From: Acinetobacter wanghuae
Lineage (GTDB): Bacteria; Pseudomonadota; Gammaproteobacteria; Pseudomonadales; Moraxellaceae
Assembly: GCF_009557235.1 (NCBI RefSeq)
Contig: NZ_CP045650.1
Location: 900,001 to 932,000, forward strand
DNA length: 32,000 bases
Direction: 5' to 3'
Each line of letters begins with the position of its first letter. The stretch's first letter is position 1. Below are positions 18,601 to 25,355 of this stretch, piece by piece. The position numbers were made by a program, and so were the translations under genes. The notes below the pieces were generated by a model. It was given only the letters and a program-made list of their open reading frames with translations. It was not told the DNA's origin and searched no databases.

Positions 18601-19133
18601 CATTTACAGATCTCACAGGACAAATGAAAGAGGCAACACTGACTATTAATATTGGTGGTATAGGTGCTGTGATCAAACCTGCTGGTGAAACTGACATCCT
18701 TTTAGAAGGTACAGCCAATAGCGAAATGTTGGTAGCTAACGAATTCAATAATGTAATTCATGGTAATGGTGGTTCAGATACCTTAGTTTACAAATTATTG
18801 AATGAAGCAAGTGTAACTGGTGGTAATGGTCAAGATATTTGGACTGATTTTGCAGTAGGTAATGTCATAGAAGATGATGCTGATGCGATTAATGTGCAAG
18901 AATTACTCATTGATCAAACAGTTGCTAATATTAATGACTTTATTGAAGTACGTTATGATTATCAAAAGGATGCAGTAACTGTATCTATTGACCGAGATGG
19001 TGCAGGGACTGGATATGAACAAACTGATCTAGTTACTCTAACGGACTTTAAGAAACAGAATGCGGATGTAGTATTCACATCGAATGATGATCTTCTCAAT
19101 CTGTTAATTGCAAATGGTCAAATTATTTATTAA
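14817..19133 (+). CDS. Adhesin C-terminal fragment as assembled (last family C repeats, Ig-like modules, large non-repeat beta-rich region, T1SS signal)
   Basis: 1438-aa uninterrupted ORF ending at TAA 19131-19133, followed by a strong terminator. The true frame is open upstream of the nominal start, so this is not an independent gene. Confidence 0.75.
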   Translation: MGKAIQAAEDALSTTAKPQLDGDELKAVLIEKAKAEVAFENEALTAAQLKTAADTLNKVVEDAVNAESVEDAAEAQAQAEAAAKAESEALEAAKAALGKAIQAAEDALSTTAKPQLDGDELKAVLIEKAKAEVAFENEALTAAQLKTAADTLNKVVEDAVNAESVEDAAEAQAQAEAAAKAESEALEAAKAALGKAIQAAEDALSTTAKPQLDGDELKAVLIEKAKAEVAFENEALTAAQLKTAADTLNKVVEDAVNAESAEDLALAKAQLQQLLAKAVLALDDSTLEMDRDKLIVETALAQQLLEANSSTVEEIQSASKNLETLLSNISNPYLGDVTIADDGLSISGQLTPGSKVVIEYEGNSQVVTSNLDDGRFNIILTAPLVDGQEVIVTELNGKEVLGTTDLIYEDGAVVVGETIIADDGKSVLVQGEPGASVEIKHEGKLIGHGVMSKDGTVNIVLDKALLNGNQITLSYEDIKGNTATNTAVYTDNIDPDLNEVEFVLVDETNLSIYDDTLANQVVEFELLNLPLDSQQVKVFVGGVQATNYGDIYGKWTVTLPSDLIMKQDGSLPVVISVTETSGNSTQDYQLDNLSYEILSSYPTDILEHEIFARVDITPQSSPLFISGDNPYKNLEAKVVGLTLGGVLSADVIQTLNGIDFNIEEGKTWSFDFDYTLHSLLGVSAINVVLYKEQVNADGTISWVSETVGGGVVGGGLWIGSTETLHISNLTSGTYKLVAGTGKAGISVLGAISTEMKNIEVETWTDPASNIYEALAYTGNAFLDLLEKTNDLNFNPTNNNGLTITKVYFGKENPNLTVVAEEGYTEVVGQYGSLFVAANGDYYYQAKAEAKGLGLYDEPFTLVYGNDRDHDGKADQNGTKVITGGIQLTVGIDSPDMDYEWNKNEIPVGTTYALDDVNQVDVALGNNYSTDVHDSANLLESKKQIGSYTQDKQYSTVAYSSDAHGFKFTVKDHTLEKLSNPTFEITSLDSKPYSYVIYKLNQLNTSETVFEIVDQGVIEDKQSFGKNLILSGGDYEVIMYNGSSTPDFKVNFDKELISQVIHSEVDLKSYKSFNFNFDLNPNEYGVIEIQQVDIDTILTNSSTNWTLYKNVNGIETKLSSGVVKDLDGLNIFEWDNKGKSEYLSSGIYRLEFDKDIQTLSVVSKAVNQYEFSILKEEGTYTQAKGVLLANDKYDVRTVKLQIEVNGEMQRVNTVPLSTTDGVTTVQGEFGQLQLWSNGYYIYTPDVNKIGINAIGQSDKFDYAFTDLTGQMKEATLTINIGGIGAVIKPAGETDILLEGTANSEMLVANEFNNVIHGNGGSDTLVYKLLNEASVTGGNGQDIWTDFAVGNVIEDDADAINVQELLIDQTVANINDFIEVRYDYQKDAVTVSIDRDGAGTGYEQTDLVTLTDFKKQNADVVFTSNDDLLNLLIANGQIIY
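15820..16290 (+). other. Two tandem Ig-like (bacterial Ig / BapA-type) modules inside the adhesin
   Basis: Two paralogous ~75-80 aa segments. The first is DVTIADDGLSISGQLTPGSKVVIEYEGNSQVVTSNLDDGRFNIILTAPLVDGQEVIVTEL. The second is ETIIADDGKSVLVQGEPGASVEIKHEGKLIGHGVMSKDGTVNIVLDKALLNGNQITLSY. The pattern is typical of Ig-like adhesin modules. The domain family was not verified. Confidence 0.5.
18700..19130 (+). other. T1SS C-terminal secretion target domain (degenerate RTX-like GG repeats plus C-terminal signal)
   Basis: The sequence ...LEGTANSEMLV...VIHGNGGSDTLVYKL...VTGGNGQDIWTDFAVGN...DAINVQELLID...VTVSIDRDGAGTGYEQTDLVTLTDF... resembles the VC_A0849-type T1SS C-terminal target domain as I remember it. 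Confidence 0.65.
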
Positions 19134-19150
19134 TTTAAGCTAAATAAAAA

Positions 19151-19177
19151 AATGGTGCTTAATGCACCATTTTTTTC
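19151..19177 (+). terminator. Rho-independent terminator of the adhesin gene
   Basis: Stem AATGGTGC/GCACCATT, loop TTAAT, then a T7 run. It is preceded by an A-run, so it could work in both directions. Confidence 0.9.
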
Positions 19178-19400
19178 GTCTTATGATTTTGATAGTTAGA
19201 CATGGATGATATATTCATGATGAATTAGCTTTTAGCATGATATGACTGTAGCTATTGGAATAGCGAATAAACAGCAAAGCTTAGCAATTTTTGTTAAATA
19301 TAAAAAAAGAATAAACATTGTGGATTTAGTTATTTTTGTCGAAAATGGAATTGCACAATAATGTGAATAATCAAGTAATTAATAGGGTCGTAATGTTGCC

Positions 19401-20252
19401 ATGACGAGCACCAATCAAATTCCGACAATCGCCTCAATTATTCAAGCACATCAGTCACTTAAACAATCTAAACCTTTGGTGCAATGTATTACCAATAGTG
19501 TCTCTGTGAATTTTATGGCGAATGTACTGTTGAGTGCAGGAGCGTCACCCGCAATGGTCGATAATCCTGAAGAAGCAGCTGAATTTGTGCATTTTGCAAA
19601 TAGCGTGGTCGTAAATTTGGGAACACCGACCAGTGCTTTAGTAGAAGCGATGAAACTTGCGATTCAGGAAGCCAATAGCATTCAAAAGCCTTGGGTACTT
19701 GATCCGATTGCAGCAGGTGCATTGTCTTGGCGTGGTCAGTTGGCAGCAGAGTTCTTAAAATCAAAGCCAACAGTTGTGCGTGGTAATGCTTCAGAAATTA
19801 TTGGTTTGGCAGGCTTAGGTTCGAATAGCAAAGGGTTTGATAGCTCGAATGACCCTGCCCATGCAGTTGGTGCAGCACGGTCTTTGCTTGAGCATACTCA
19901 TGTGGTTTCAGCATCGGGAGAAGTCGATCATATTGTTGCCAAAACCCAAGTTAATGATAAAGAAAAATATTGGCTGGCTAAGATTAAAGGCGGCAGTTTC
20001 TTCTTCCCCTTAGTAACGGCATCAGGCTGTTCGCTCGGTGCTTTGGTGGCAGCTTATACAGCAGTGACCAACCCATTTAATGCAGTGGTCAGTGCCCATG
20101 CGCACTATGCGGTGGCAGGTAAAAAAGCGCATTTAAAAGTCGATGCACCGGGTGATTTTCAACGTGAATTTTTAAATGAATTATATAAAGTGACTGCGGA
20201 AGATTTTGAGACGTATTTAGAATTCAGTATTGAAGAACTCGATGTCGCATGA
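19401..20252 (+). CDS. thiM: Hydroxyethylthiazole kinase family protein
   Basis: 283-aa ORF with PLVQCITNSVSVNFMANVLLSAGASPAMV and PTVVRGNASEI motifs typical of ThiM. Its TGA overlaps the next ATG (ATGA at 20249-20252). Confidence 0.85.
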   Translation: MTSTNQIPTIASIIQAHQSLKQSKPLVQCITNSVSVNFMANVLLSAGASPAMVDNPEEAAEFVHFANSVVVNLGTPTSALVEAMKLAIQEANSIQKPWVLDPIAAGALSWRGQLAAEFLKSKPTVVRGNASEIIGLAGLGSNSKGFDSSNDPAHAVGAARSLLEHTHVVSASGEVDHIVAKTQVNDKEKYWLAKIKGGSFFFPLVTASGCSLGALVAAYTAVTNPFNAVVSAHAHYAVAGKKAHLKVDAPGDFQREFLNELYKVTAEDFETYLEFSIEELDVA

Positions 20253-21085
20253 ACGATTTAATCCAGCCAGAAACGCTATTAAGACAACTGAATACTGTGC
20301 AGATTTTTGAAGTTGGTGCTAAAACTGCGCAACCTATTCAAGCTGAAAAGGCAAGCGCCTTGTATAAACACGCCCATATTCCAACCGCACAGTATGTGGA
20401 TTTAAACCAAGACTTTTGCAATTTAAGAACAGCGCTTGAATATCAATATCCGAATAAAACCGAGATGTTGGATTCACTGAAAAAGTTTCAGGTGGATTGG
20501 CACAAGCCCATCGTGATTTATGACCGAGAAAATCATATTTGGGCAGCGCGACTGTTTTGGATTTTGAAAGCATTTGGGCATCCGCAAGTTCAGGTCTTAC
20601 ACGGTGGATTTAAGGCATGGCAACAACAGAACTTAAGCGTATCTGATCAGATCAAAAAGCCAATCGCATCTTTCAATGTCGCAGCGTTGACATTTGATTC
20701 GACTTATTTTGCAGACATTAATGATGTCAAAAATGTCGTTGTAGGGCATTCGAATGTACAACTCTTAAATGTATTAAGAGCAGAAGTTTTTCGTGGTGAT
20801 GAATTGCGCTACTCGCGTGCAGGGCATATCCCGAAAAGTATCAATATTCCATTTGCCCAATTTTTAGATGAAAACGGCAAATTTAAAGCGTCAATTTTCA
20901 ATTTTGTTGCCCAATTTGGGCTCGATTTAAACCGAGAAATCATTGTCTATTGTGGCAGTGGGATTACTGCAAGCGGAGCCGCATTGGCTTTGCGTCAGGC
21001 TCAGGCAACATCCATTAAAATTTATGATGGTTCGATGTCAGAGTGGAGTGCAGATCCCGATTTACCCCTTCAAATAATGGTGTGA
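20249..21085 (+). CDS. Two-domain rhodanese sulfurtransferase (3-mercaptopyruvate/thiosulfate sulfurtransferase type)
   Basis: 278 aa. The active-site loop VYCGSGITASGAAL matches the CG(S/T)G(V/I)TA signature of SseA-type enzymes. It is translationally coupled to thiM. Confidence 0.8.
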   Translation: MNDLIQPETLLRQLNTVQIFEVGAKTAQPIQAEKASALYKHAHIPTAQYVDLNQDFCNLRTALEYQYPNKTEMLDSLKKFQVDWHKPIVIYDRENHIWAARLFWILKAFGHPQVQVLHGGFKAWQQQNLSVSDQIKKPIASFNVAALTFDSTYFADINDVKNVVVGHSNVQLLNVLRAEVFRGDELRYSRAGHIPKSINIPFAQFLDENGKFKASIFNFVAQFGLDLNREIIVYCGSGITASGAALALRQAQATSIKIYDGSMSEWSADPDLPLQIMV

Positions 21086-21102
21086 AAAAGTAGGAACATG
21101 TT

Positions 21103-22215
21103 ATGGCGATTAAAGCATTATGGTATTTGAGCACTGCGGATGGGCAATACCCGTGGATGTCTGAAGGGTTTTATCCAGTTGATTTTCAGCGCTATAAAAA
21201 ATTAGCTCAGACCATTGATCAAGGCGGATTTTATGGTGCTTTGGTTGCAACATGGCCGAACGATCCTTTAACCTCGGCATCGTCTGTCGCGGGTTCTACC
21301 GAAAATATGAAGTTTTTGGTGGCTGAATATGCAGGGTTAACCCCCGCTAAACTTTTAGCAGAACAAGCCCTGACCTTTGAGAAATTCCATGGCAGCCGTT
21401 TGTTGTTTAATCATATTAATGGTACGCCACAGCGTATTGGTACCTATGGGGTCGACTTAACACCTGAGACGCGTTATGCACTCGGTCAAAGTTACTGGGA
21501 AGAATTCCAAACCCATTATAACAAAGGCAATAAATCACTGTTCCCGAACACAGATTTTACCATTGAACCGACAACACCAAATGGTATTCCGCTTTGGGGC
21601 ACAGGAGATTCCGCAGCAGGTATTCAACATGCAGGGCAAGTGGTCAACGTATACTTACTGATGATTCGTGAATTGCATCGTGTGAAAGATCAATTCTCAC
21701 GTGCTGTTGCGGCAGCCAAAGATAATGGTCGTACATTTAGTGACTTGGGTGCATTGACCAGTGTCACTGTACGTACATCACAAGCTGAAGCTGAAAAACA
21801 GTTCTATCAAATTTTTGAAAAAACTGGCGCTGAATTGTTGAAGCAAAAATTAGATGTATCCATCAAACGTAAAACGGGTGGTGAGCAAAGTATTCATGAC
21901 TTTAAAGCACCCGATGCGCAGCGCCAAGAATGGGTGGATTACATCCGTAAAGGTCAGTTGCCACCGCTTGAATCGTTACGTTTAGAAGATAATTTATTTG
22001 CCGGCATGAGTGCTTGGTCATCGTTGGACATTTTCGGGTTTGCATCTTCAGCAGCATATTTGGTCGGTAGCCCTGAAAATATCGCAGCACAAGTCGAAAC
22101 TTATCATAAAGAAGCCGGTTTAAGCGCCTTAATTATGTCGGGCTGGCCTCTGATTGAAGAAGCAGAATATACCGCGAAGTTGCTCTTGCCCTTGTTAAAA
22201 GACATTGGTGAATAA
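21103..22215 (+). CDS. LLM-class flavin-dependent monooxygenase, SsuD (alkanesulfonate monooxygenase)-like
   Basis: 370 aa. The N-terminus ALWYLSTADGQYPW...GFYPVDFQRYKKLAQTIDQGGFYGALV parallels the SsuD N-terminus (FWFLPTHGDG...RPVD...IAQ.AD.LG..GVL) from memory. The substrate is unknown. Confidence 0.65.
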   Translation: MAIKALWYLSTADGQYPWMSEGFYPVDFQRYKKLAQTIDQGGFYGALVATWPNDPLTSASSVAGSTENMKFLVAEYAGLTPAKLLAEQALTFEKFHGSRLLFNHINGTPQRIGTYGVDLTPETRYALGQSYWEEFQTHYNKGNKSLFPNTDFTIEPTTPNGIPLWGTGDSAAGIQHAGQVVNVYLLMIRELHRVKDQFSRAVAAAKDNGRTFSDLGALTSVTVRTSQAEAEKQFYQIFEKTGAELLKQKLDVSIKRKTGGEQSIHDFKAPDAQRQEWVDYIRKGQLPPLESLRLEDNLFAGMSAWSSLDIFGFASSAAYLVGSPENIAAQVETYHKEAGLSALIMSGWPLIEEAEYTAKLLLPLLKDIGE

Positions 22216-22847
22216 TGCAGATTTTAATTCAAGATCAGCCGTTTGAGAAAATTGAATTTCAAGCGGTGTTATTTGATTTAGATGGTACTTTGGTTGAATC
22301 AACAGGGCTCATTAGAGATATTTTATCGCACTGGGCGGTTGAGCAAGGTTTAGATGCTGACGCTGTATTGAACTTTTCGCATGGCAAGCGGACTCAAGAT
22401 ATTGTGGCGAACTTTATTCACGATGAATCTTGTTCGTTGCATTATCAAAAGTTAACCGAGAAATTTTTAGCAGCATCAGTTCATACGCAAGCCATTCAAG
22501 CTGCTGCAACATTTATTCAGGTTTTAAATCAACATCATGTACCTTGGGCAGTGGTCAGTTCTTCTGAACGCGAGTTGATTTTTGCACGTATGCAAGCAGC
22601 AGATTTACCGATGCCAGAATATGTGGTCGCAGCGGAAGATATTGTTCAGGGGAAACCCAATCCCGAAGGTTATTTAAACGGGGCGAAGCTACTTCATATC
22701 CCGCTTGAGCAATGTGTAGTGTTTGAAGATTCAGCAGCAGGTATTCAGGCAGCACAGGCCGCTGGTGCTCAAGTTATTGTTGTGGGTGCTGAAGACGCTG
22801 CATATACGCATATCTCAGACTTTGGTCAGATCAAATATCTGGACTAA
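22215..22847 (+). CDS. HAD-superfamily phosphatase (beta-phosphoglucomutase / sugar-phosphatase-like subfamily IA)
   Basis: 210 aa with HAD motif I LFDLDGTLVES, GKPNPEGY and FEDSAAG. Its start overlaps the upstream stop (TAATG). Confidence 0.8.
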   Translation: MQILIQDQPFEKIEFQAVLFDLDGTLVESTGLIRDILSHWAVEQGLDADAVLNFSHGKRTQDIVANFIHDESCSLHYQKLTEKFLAASVHTQAIQAAATFIQVLNQHHVPWAVVSSSERELIFARMQAADLPMPEYVVAAEDIVQGKPNPEGYLNGAKLLHIPLEQCVVFEDSAAGIQAAQAAGAQVIVVGAEDAAYTHISDFGQIKYLD

Positions 22848-22871
22848 ATACTCTTAATGTGTTGTAAAAAA

Positions 22872-22899
22872 ATTAGATCCCGCGGGGTCTAATTTTTTA
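22872..22899 (+). terminator. Rho-independent terminator of the thiM operon
   Basis: attagatcccgcggggtctaat hairpin with one bulge, followed by TTTTTT. It begins about 25 nt after the HAD stop. Confidence 0.75.
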
Positions 22900-23063
22900 T
22901 GTCCAATATTTAAAGCTTAGCACGTCATGTTCTGAAGGCGCATACATTTTCATTCATCGGATTATTCAGCAGAGTTGCTGAGAGCTTTGTATATTAAATC
23001 GCCGTCTATCATGGAAAAGATAAAGGGCGATAAAGAAGCACAATAATAAAATGAGGAATAAAA

Positions 23064-24311
23064 ATGATAAACAATAAGATGATGATACAGTTAACGGCTT
23101 TGGTTATGGGGCTATCCGCTTGCAGTATTGGGTCGATTCATGCCGCTTCAGCAACCCCAATACAACCTGCAAATACGCAACAAGTCTTTTTTGTCGGAAA
23201 TAACTGGGATGGTACAGTCACGGTGATTCGATCTGGCGGTGATTTTTCTAAAGTAGGTGTCATTAATATGATTCCTGATCGAAAAGAACGCTTAAAAGAA
23301 ATTCATCTAAATCCAATTCAGCTGATTGCCTACACCTATATTCAAGCGACTGCTGGACAGGGTAATGATCAGTTGGTCGATGATATGTATTCAACTCCAG
23401 ATGGTCAGTCGGTTGTGGCATCTCGTCCAAGTTTTGCCGATGTTGTATCGATTAATATTAAGACAGGAAAAATAAACTGGCGTAGCAAGGTTGAAGGTTT
23501 CCGTGCTGATCATATGGCAGTCTCACCAGATGGTCAGCGTGTGGCTGTATCGGCATCCTCAGGTAATGTCGTTCATGTGTTAGATATCAATACAGGGAAG
23601 GAATTGGGACGTTTTCCAACAGGCGACAAACCACATGAAAATATTTACTTTGCGGGCGGGAATAAAATCTTAAATTCGTCGATTGGTAATGTTGAAACAC
23701 CATTAGATGCATCTTGGCAAGATTTCACCAAGGGTAAGCGCATGATCACGATTGCAGATGCCAATAATTATAGCGTGTTAAAGAAAATTGATTTTCGTCC
23801 TGCACTAGACAAGTTTGGTCGTAAAGATTTATCTAATTCAGTACGCCCAATGGTCTTTAGCAATGATGAAACCAAACTGTATGCACAAGTTTCATTTTTC
23901 AATGGCTTGGTCGAATACGACTTAATCAATGATAAAGTGACACGTATTGGTCAATTACCGGGCAGCACTAAAATTCCGAAAGATCGCACCAAATGGGTTA
24001 ATGACTCACGTCATCATGGTTTATCTATCAGCGCTGATGGAGAAAAACTCTGTGTTGCAGGCACAATGGATGACTATGCCACCATTGTCGATCGTAAAAC
24101 CCTGCAAGCTGGAAAATTGATTCCCGCAGGAAAACCCTATTGGGCAACCCGTAGTCCAGATGGCAAAAGCTGCTTAATTTCAGAAAGTGATACGGATGTT
24201 GTGACCGTGATTGATTTTGCTACAGGCAATAAAGTGTTGAGCGTGCCTGTTGGAAATCATCCACAACGCGTACGTTTGGGTTATGCACCAGCAGATTGGT
24301 CTACAAAATAA
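23064..24311 (+). CDS. Secreted or lipid-anchored YncE-like beta-propeller protein
   Basis: 415 aa. GAGGA lies 7 nt upstream of the ATG. The signal peptide has a possible lipobox (VMGLSAC). Repeated motifs of the type VSPDG(Q/K).V.VS....V.V.D are typical of YncE/lactonase-type 7-bladed propellers. Confidence 0.65.
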   Translation: MINNKMMIQLTALVMGLSACSIGSIHAASATPIQPANTQQVFFVGNNWDGTVTVIRSGGDFSKVGVINMIPDRKERLKEIHLNPIQLIAYTYIQATAGQGNDQLVDDMYSTPDGQSVVASRPSFADVVSINIKTGKINWRSKVEGFRADHMAVSPDGQRVAVSASSGNVVHVLDINTGKELGRFPTGDKPHENIYFAGGNKILNSSIGNVETPLDASWQDFTKGKRMITIADANNYSVLKKIDFRPALDKFGRKDLSNSVRPMVFSNDETKLYAQVSFFNGLVEYDLINDKVTRIGQLPGSTKIPKDRTKWVNDSRHHGLSISADGEKLCVAGTMDDYATIVDRKTLQAGKLIPAGKPYWATRSPDGKSCLISESDTDVVTVIDFATGNKVLSVPVGNHPQRVRLGYAPADWSTK

Positions 24312-24371
24312 TAATTGAAAGAAGATACTGATTGAGCAATTCATCAGTATCTTTTAAACAAAAGAAAAATT

Positions 24372-24830
24372 ATGTCTAAGTTTTCTAAAATAAGTTTTTT
24401 GTTTATAGCGATGATTCTGAGTTTGGCAGCCTTGGTATTTTTGCTGAAACCAAATAATGCTGAACTGCATCAAAGCAATTCAACTCATCCAATCGTATTG
24501 AAGCAAAACGTATCTCAACTTAATCCACAAACCACGACAGTGGAAATATCTTCGGATACTCAAAAAGATGAAGCATTCTTAGAGCAGCGAACAAGATTGT
24601 ATGAATTTTTAGGTGAACTTTCGTTTGATATGATTGAAGGGCAAAAGCCAGATTTAAGACAAGTCACAGACATGATGAGATCGCAAAATGAATTGGTCAG
24701 ACAAGGGCTTGTCGAGCCGCAAGAAGCATTGAATTACTTAGAATTTTTGAAACAGATTTTTCCAGAAATGGAAACTGAATTGGTCGCATTTATTGAAGAA
24801 ATAAATGCTGAAAATGATTTGAAAAAATAA
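24372..24830 (+). CDS. Hypothetical protein with an N-terminal membrane anchor and an acidic helical C-terminal part
   Basis: 152-aa ORF. The hydrophobic segment is ISFLFIAMILSLAALVFLL. I recognise no family. Its stop codon directly abuts the ssrS-derived repeat. Confidence 0.5.
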   Translation: MSKFSKISFLFIAMILSLAALVFLLKPNNAELHQSNSTHPIVLKQNVSQLNPQTTTVEISSDTQKDEAFLEQRTRLYEFLGELSFDMIEGQKPDLRQVTDMMRSQNELVRQGLVEPQEALNYLEFLKQIFPEMETELVAFIEEINAENDLKK

Positions 24831-24888
24831 ACACTCCGACGATGCCGCTGCAATATTATTACCCTGAACCCGATGAATTTAAAGATGA
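24829..24888 (-). repeat. Displaced partial copy of the 3'-terminal 60 nt of the 6S RNA gene (candidate attR-type island boundary)
   Basis: Hand alignment with 31874-31933 gives 52/60 identical positions, with perfect blocks of 26 nt (aaacactccgacgatgccgctgcaat) and 18 nt (ttaccctgaacccgatga). Both copies are in the same orientation. Similarity ends abruptly at 24889. Confidence 0.8.
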
Positions 24889-24969
24889 TTACATCAATTA
24901 AGCAACATTAAAATGTATTGAACAATAAAAATAATTCTATAATGCATCTTAATTTCTTTAAAAATAAAA

Positions 24970-24993
24970 AGCCGATCCCAAGATCAGCTTTTT
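24970..24993 (-). terminator. Terminator of the minus-strand PepSY operon (hairpin with one mismatch, T-run on the minus strand)
   Basis: The minus strand reads aaaaagctgatcttgggatcggcttttta, about 24 nt after the stop at 25017. Confidence 0.65.
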
Positions 24994-25016
24994 ATTGCAT
25001 ATTAAAACTCAATCAC

Positions 25017-25355
25017 TTAAATACTGCACATGATTCCAGTGATGAGTGCAACCACCGCACACGCAATGACAATAAGTTTAATTTTGTTTTGCGCGTAGCT
25101 CAGACTTAGTCCTACCAAAATGGCAGCAAAACTCAAGCTACCGACCCAATAACTGATCATATTACTAAGTGCACCAGTGATAGCACAAAGTCCTAAAGCA
25201 ACGGCTAAAATGATCCAACCCAAAATTGTGGCAAGTCGGGTTTTAGGGGCAGCTAATATTTGTCCAAATATTTGTTTTTGATGTTTTTGCATAGATGCTG
25301 CTAGTGCAAAGAATCCAAGCGAGGTAATAGACCAAATCAGTAAAAAGAACATCAT
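25017..25355 (-). CDS. Small polytopic membrane protein (of the kind annotated DUF3325 next to PepSY-TM genes)
   Basis: 112 aa, 3-4 hydrophobic helices. Its start overlaps the PepSY stop (ATGA). The DUF name is from memory of this conserved gene trio and is unverified. Confidence 0.6.
   Translation of the reverse strand: MMFFLLIWSITSLGFFALAASMQKHQKQIFGQILAAPKTRLATILGWIILAVALGLCAITGALSNMISYWVGSLSFAAILVGLSLSYAQNKIKLIVIACAVVALITGIMCSI

Larger units (their letters stand above)
6794..19133 (+). pseudogene. Giant T1SS-type repeat adhesin (Bap/LapA-like architecture, ~4100 aa if restored). The frame is interrupted by many 1-nt indels as assembled
   Basis: The same protein continues through all + strand ORF fragments (6794-8086, 8426-9091, 9274-9933, 9937-10284, 11592-12275, 12973-14799, 14817-19133) once single-base indels are allowed. 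N-terminus MQKQVISKSTWVSKLVDDNIIQLTENSVVMIDV...GEVIIVDSF resembles the BapA prefix-like domain. The C-terminus carries a T1SS secretion domain. It may be an intact gene with assembly errors rather than a true pseudogene. Confidence 0.8.

Noticed and set aside
19178-19400. I looked for a TPP (THI-box) riboswitch upstream of the thiM-like gene.
   Set aside because: The conserved CTGAGA and ACCTGATCTGGATAATGCCAGCG-like elements are not present, so no riboswitch is called.
24918-25109. 63-aa plus-strand ORF downstream of the ssrS-derived repeat.
   Set aside because: It spans a terminator hairpin and runs antisense into the DUF3325-like gene. It is Asn/Lys-rich with low complexity and is probably non-coding.
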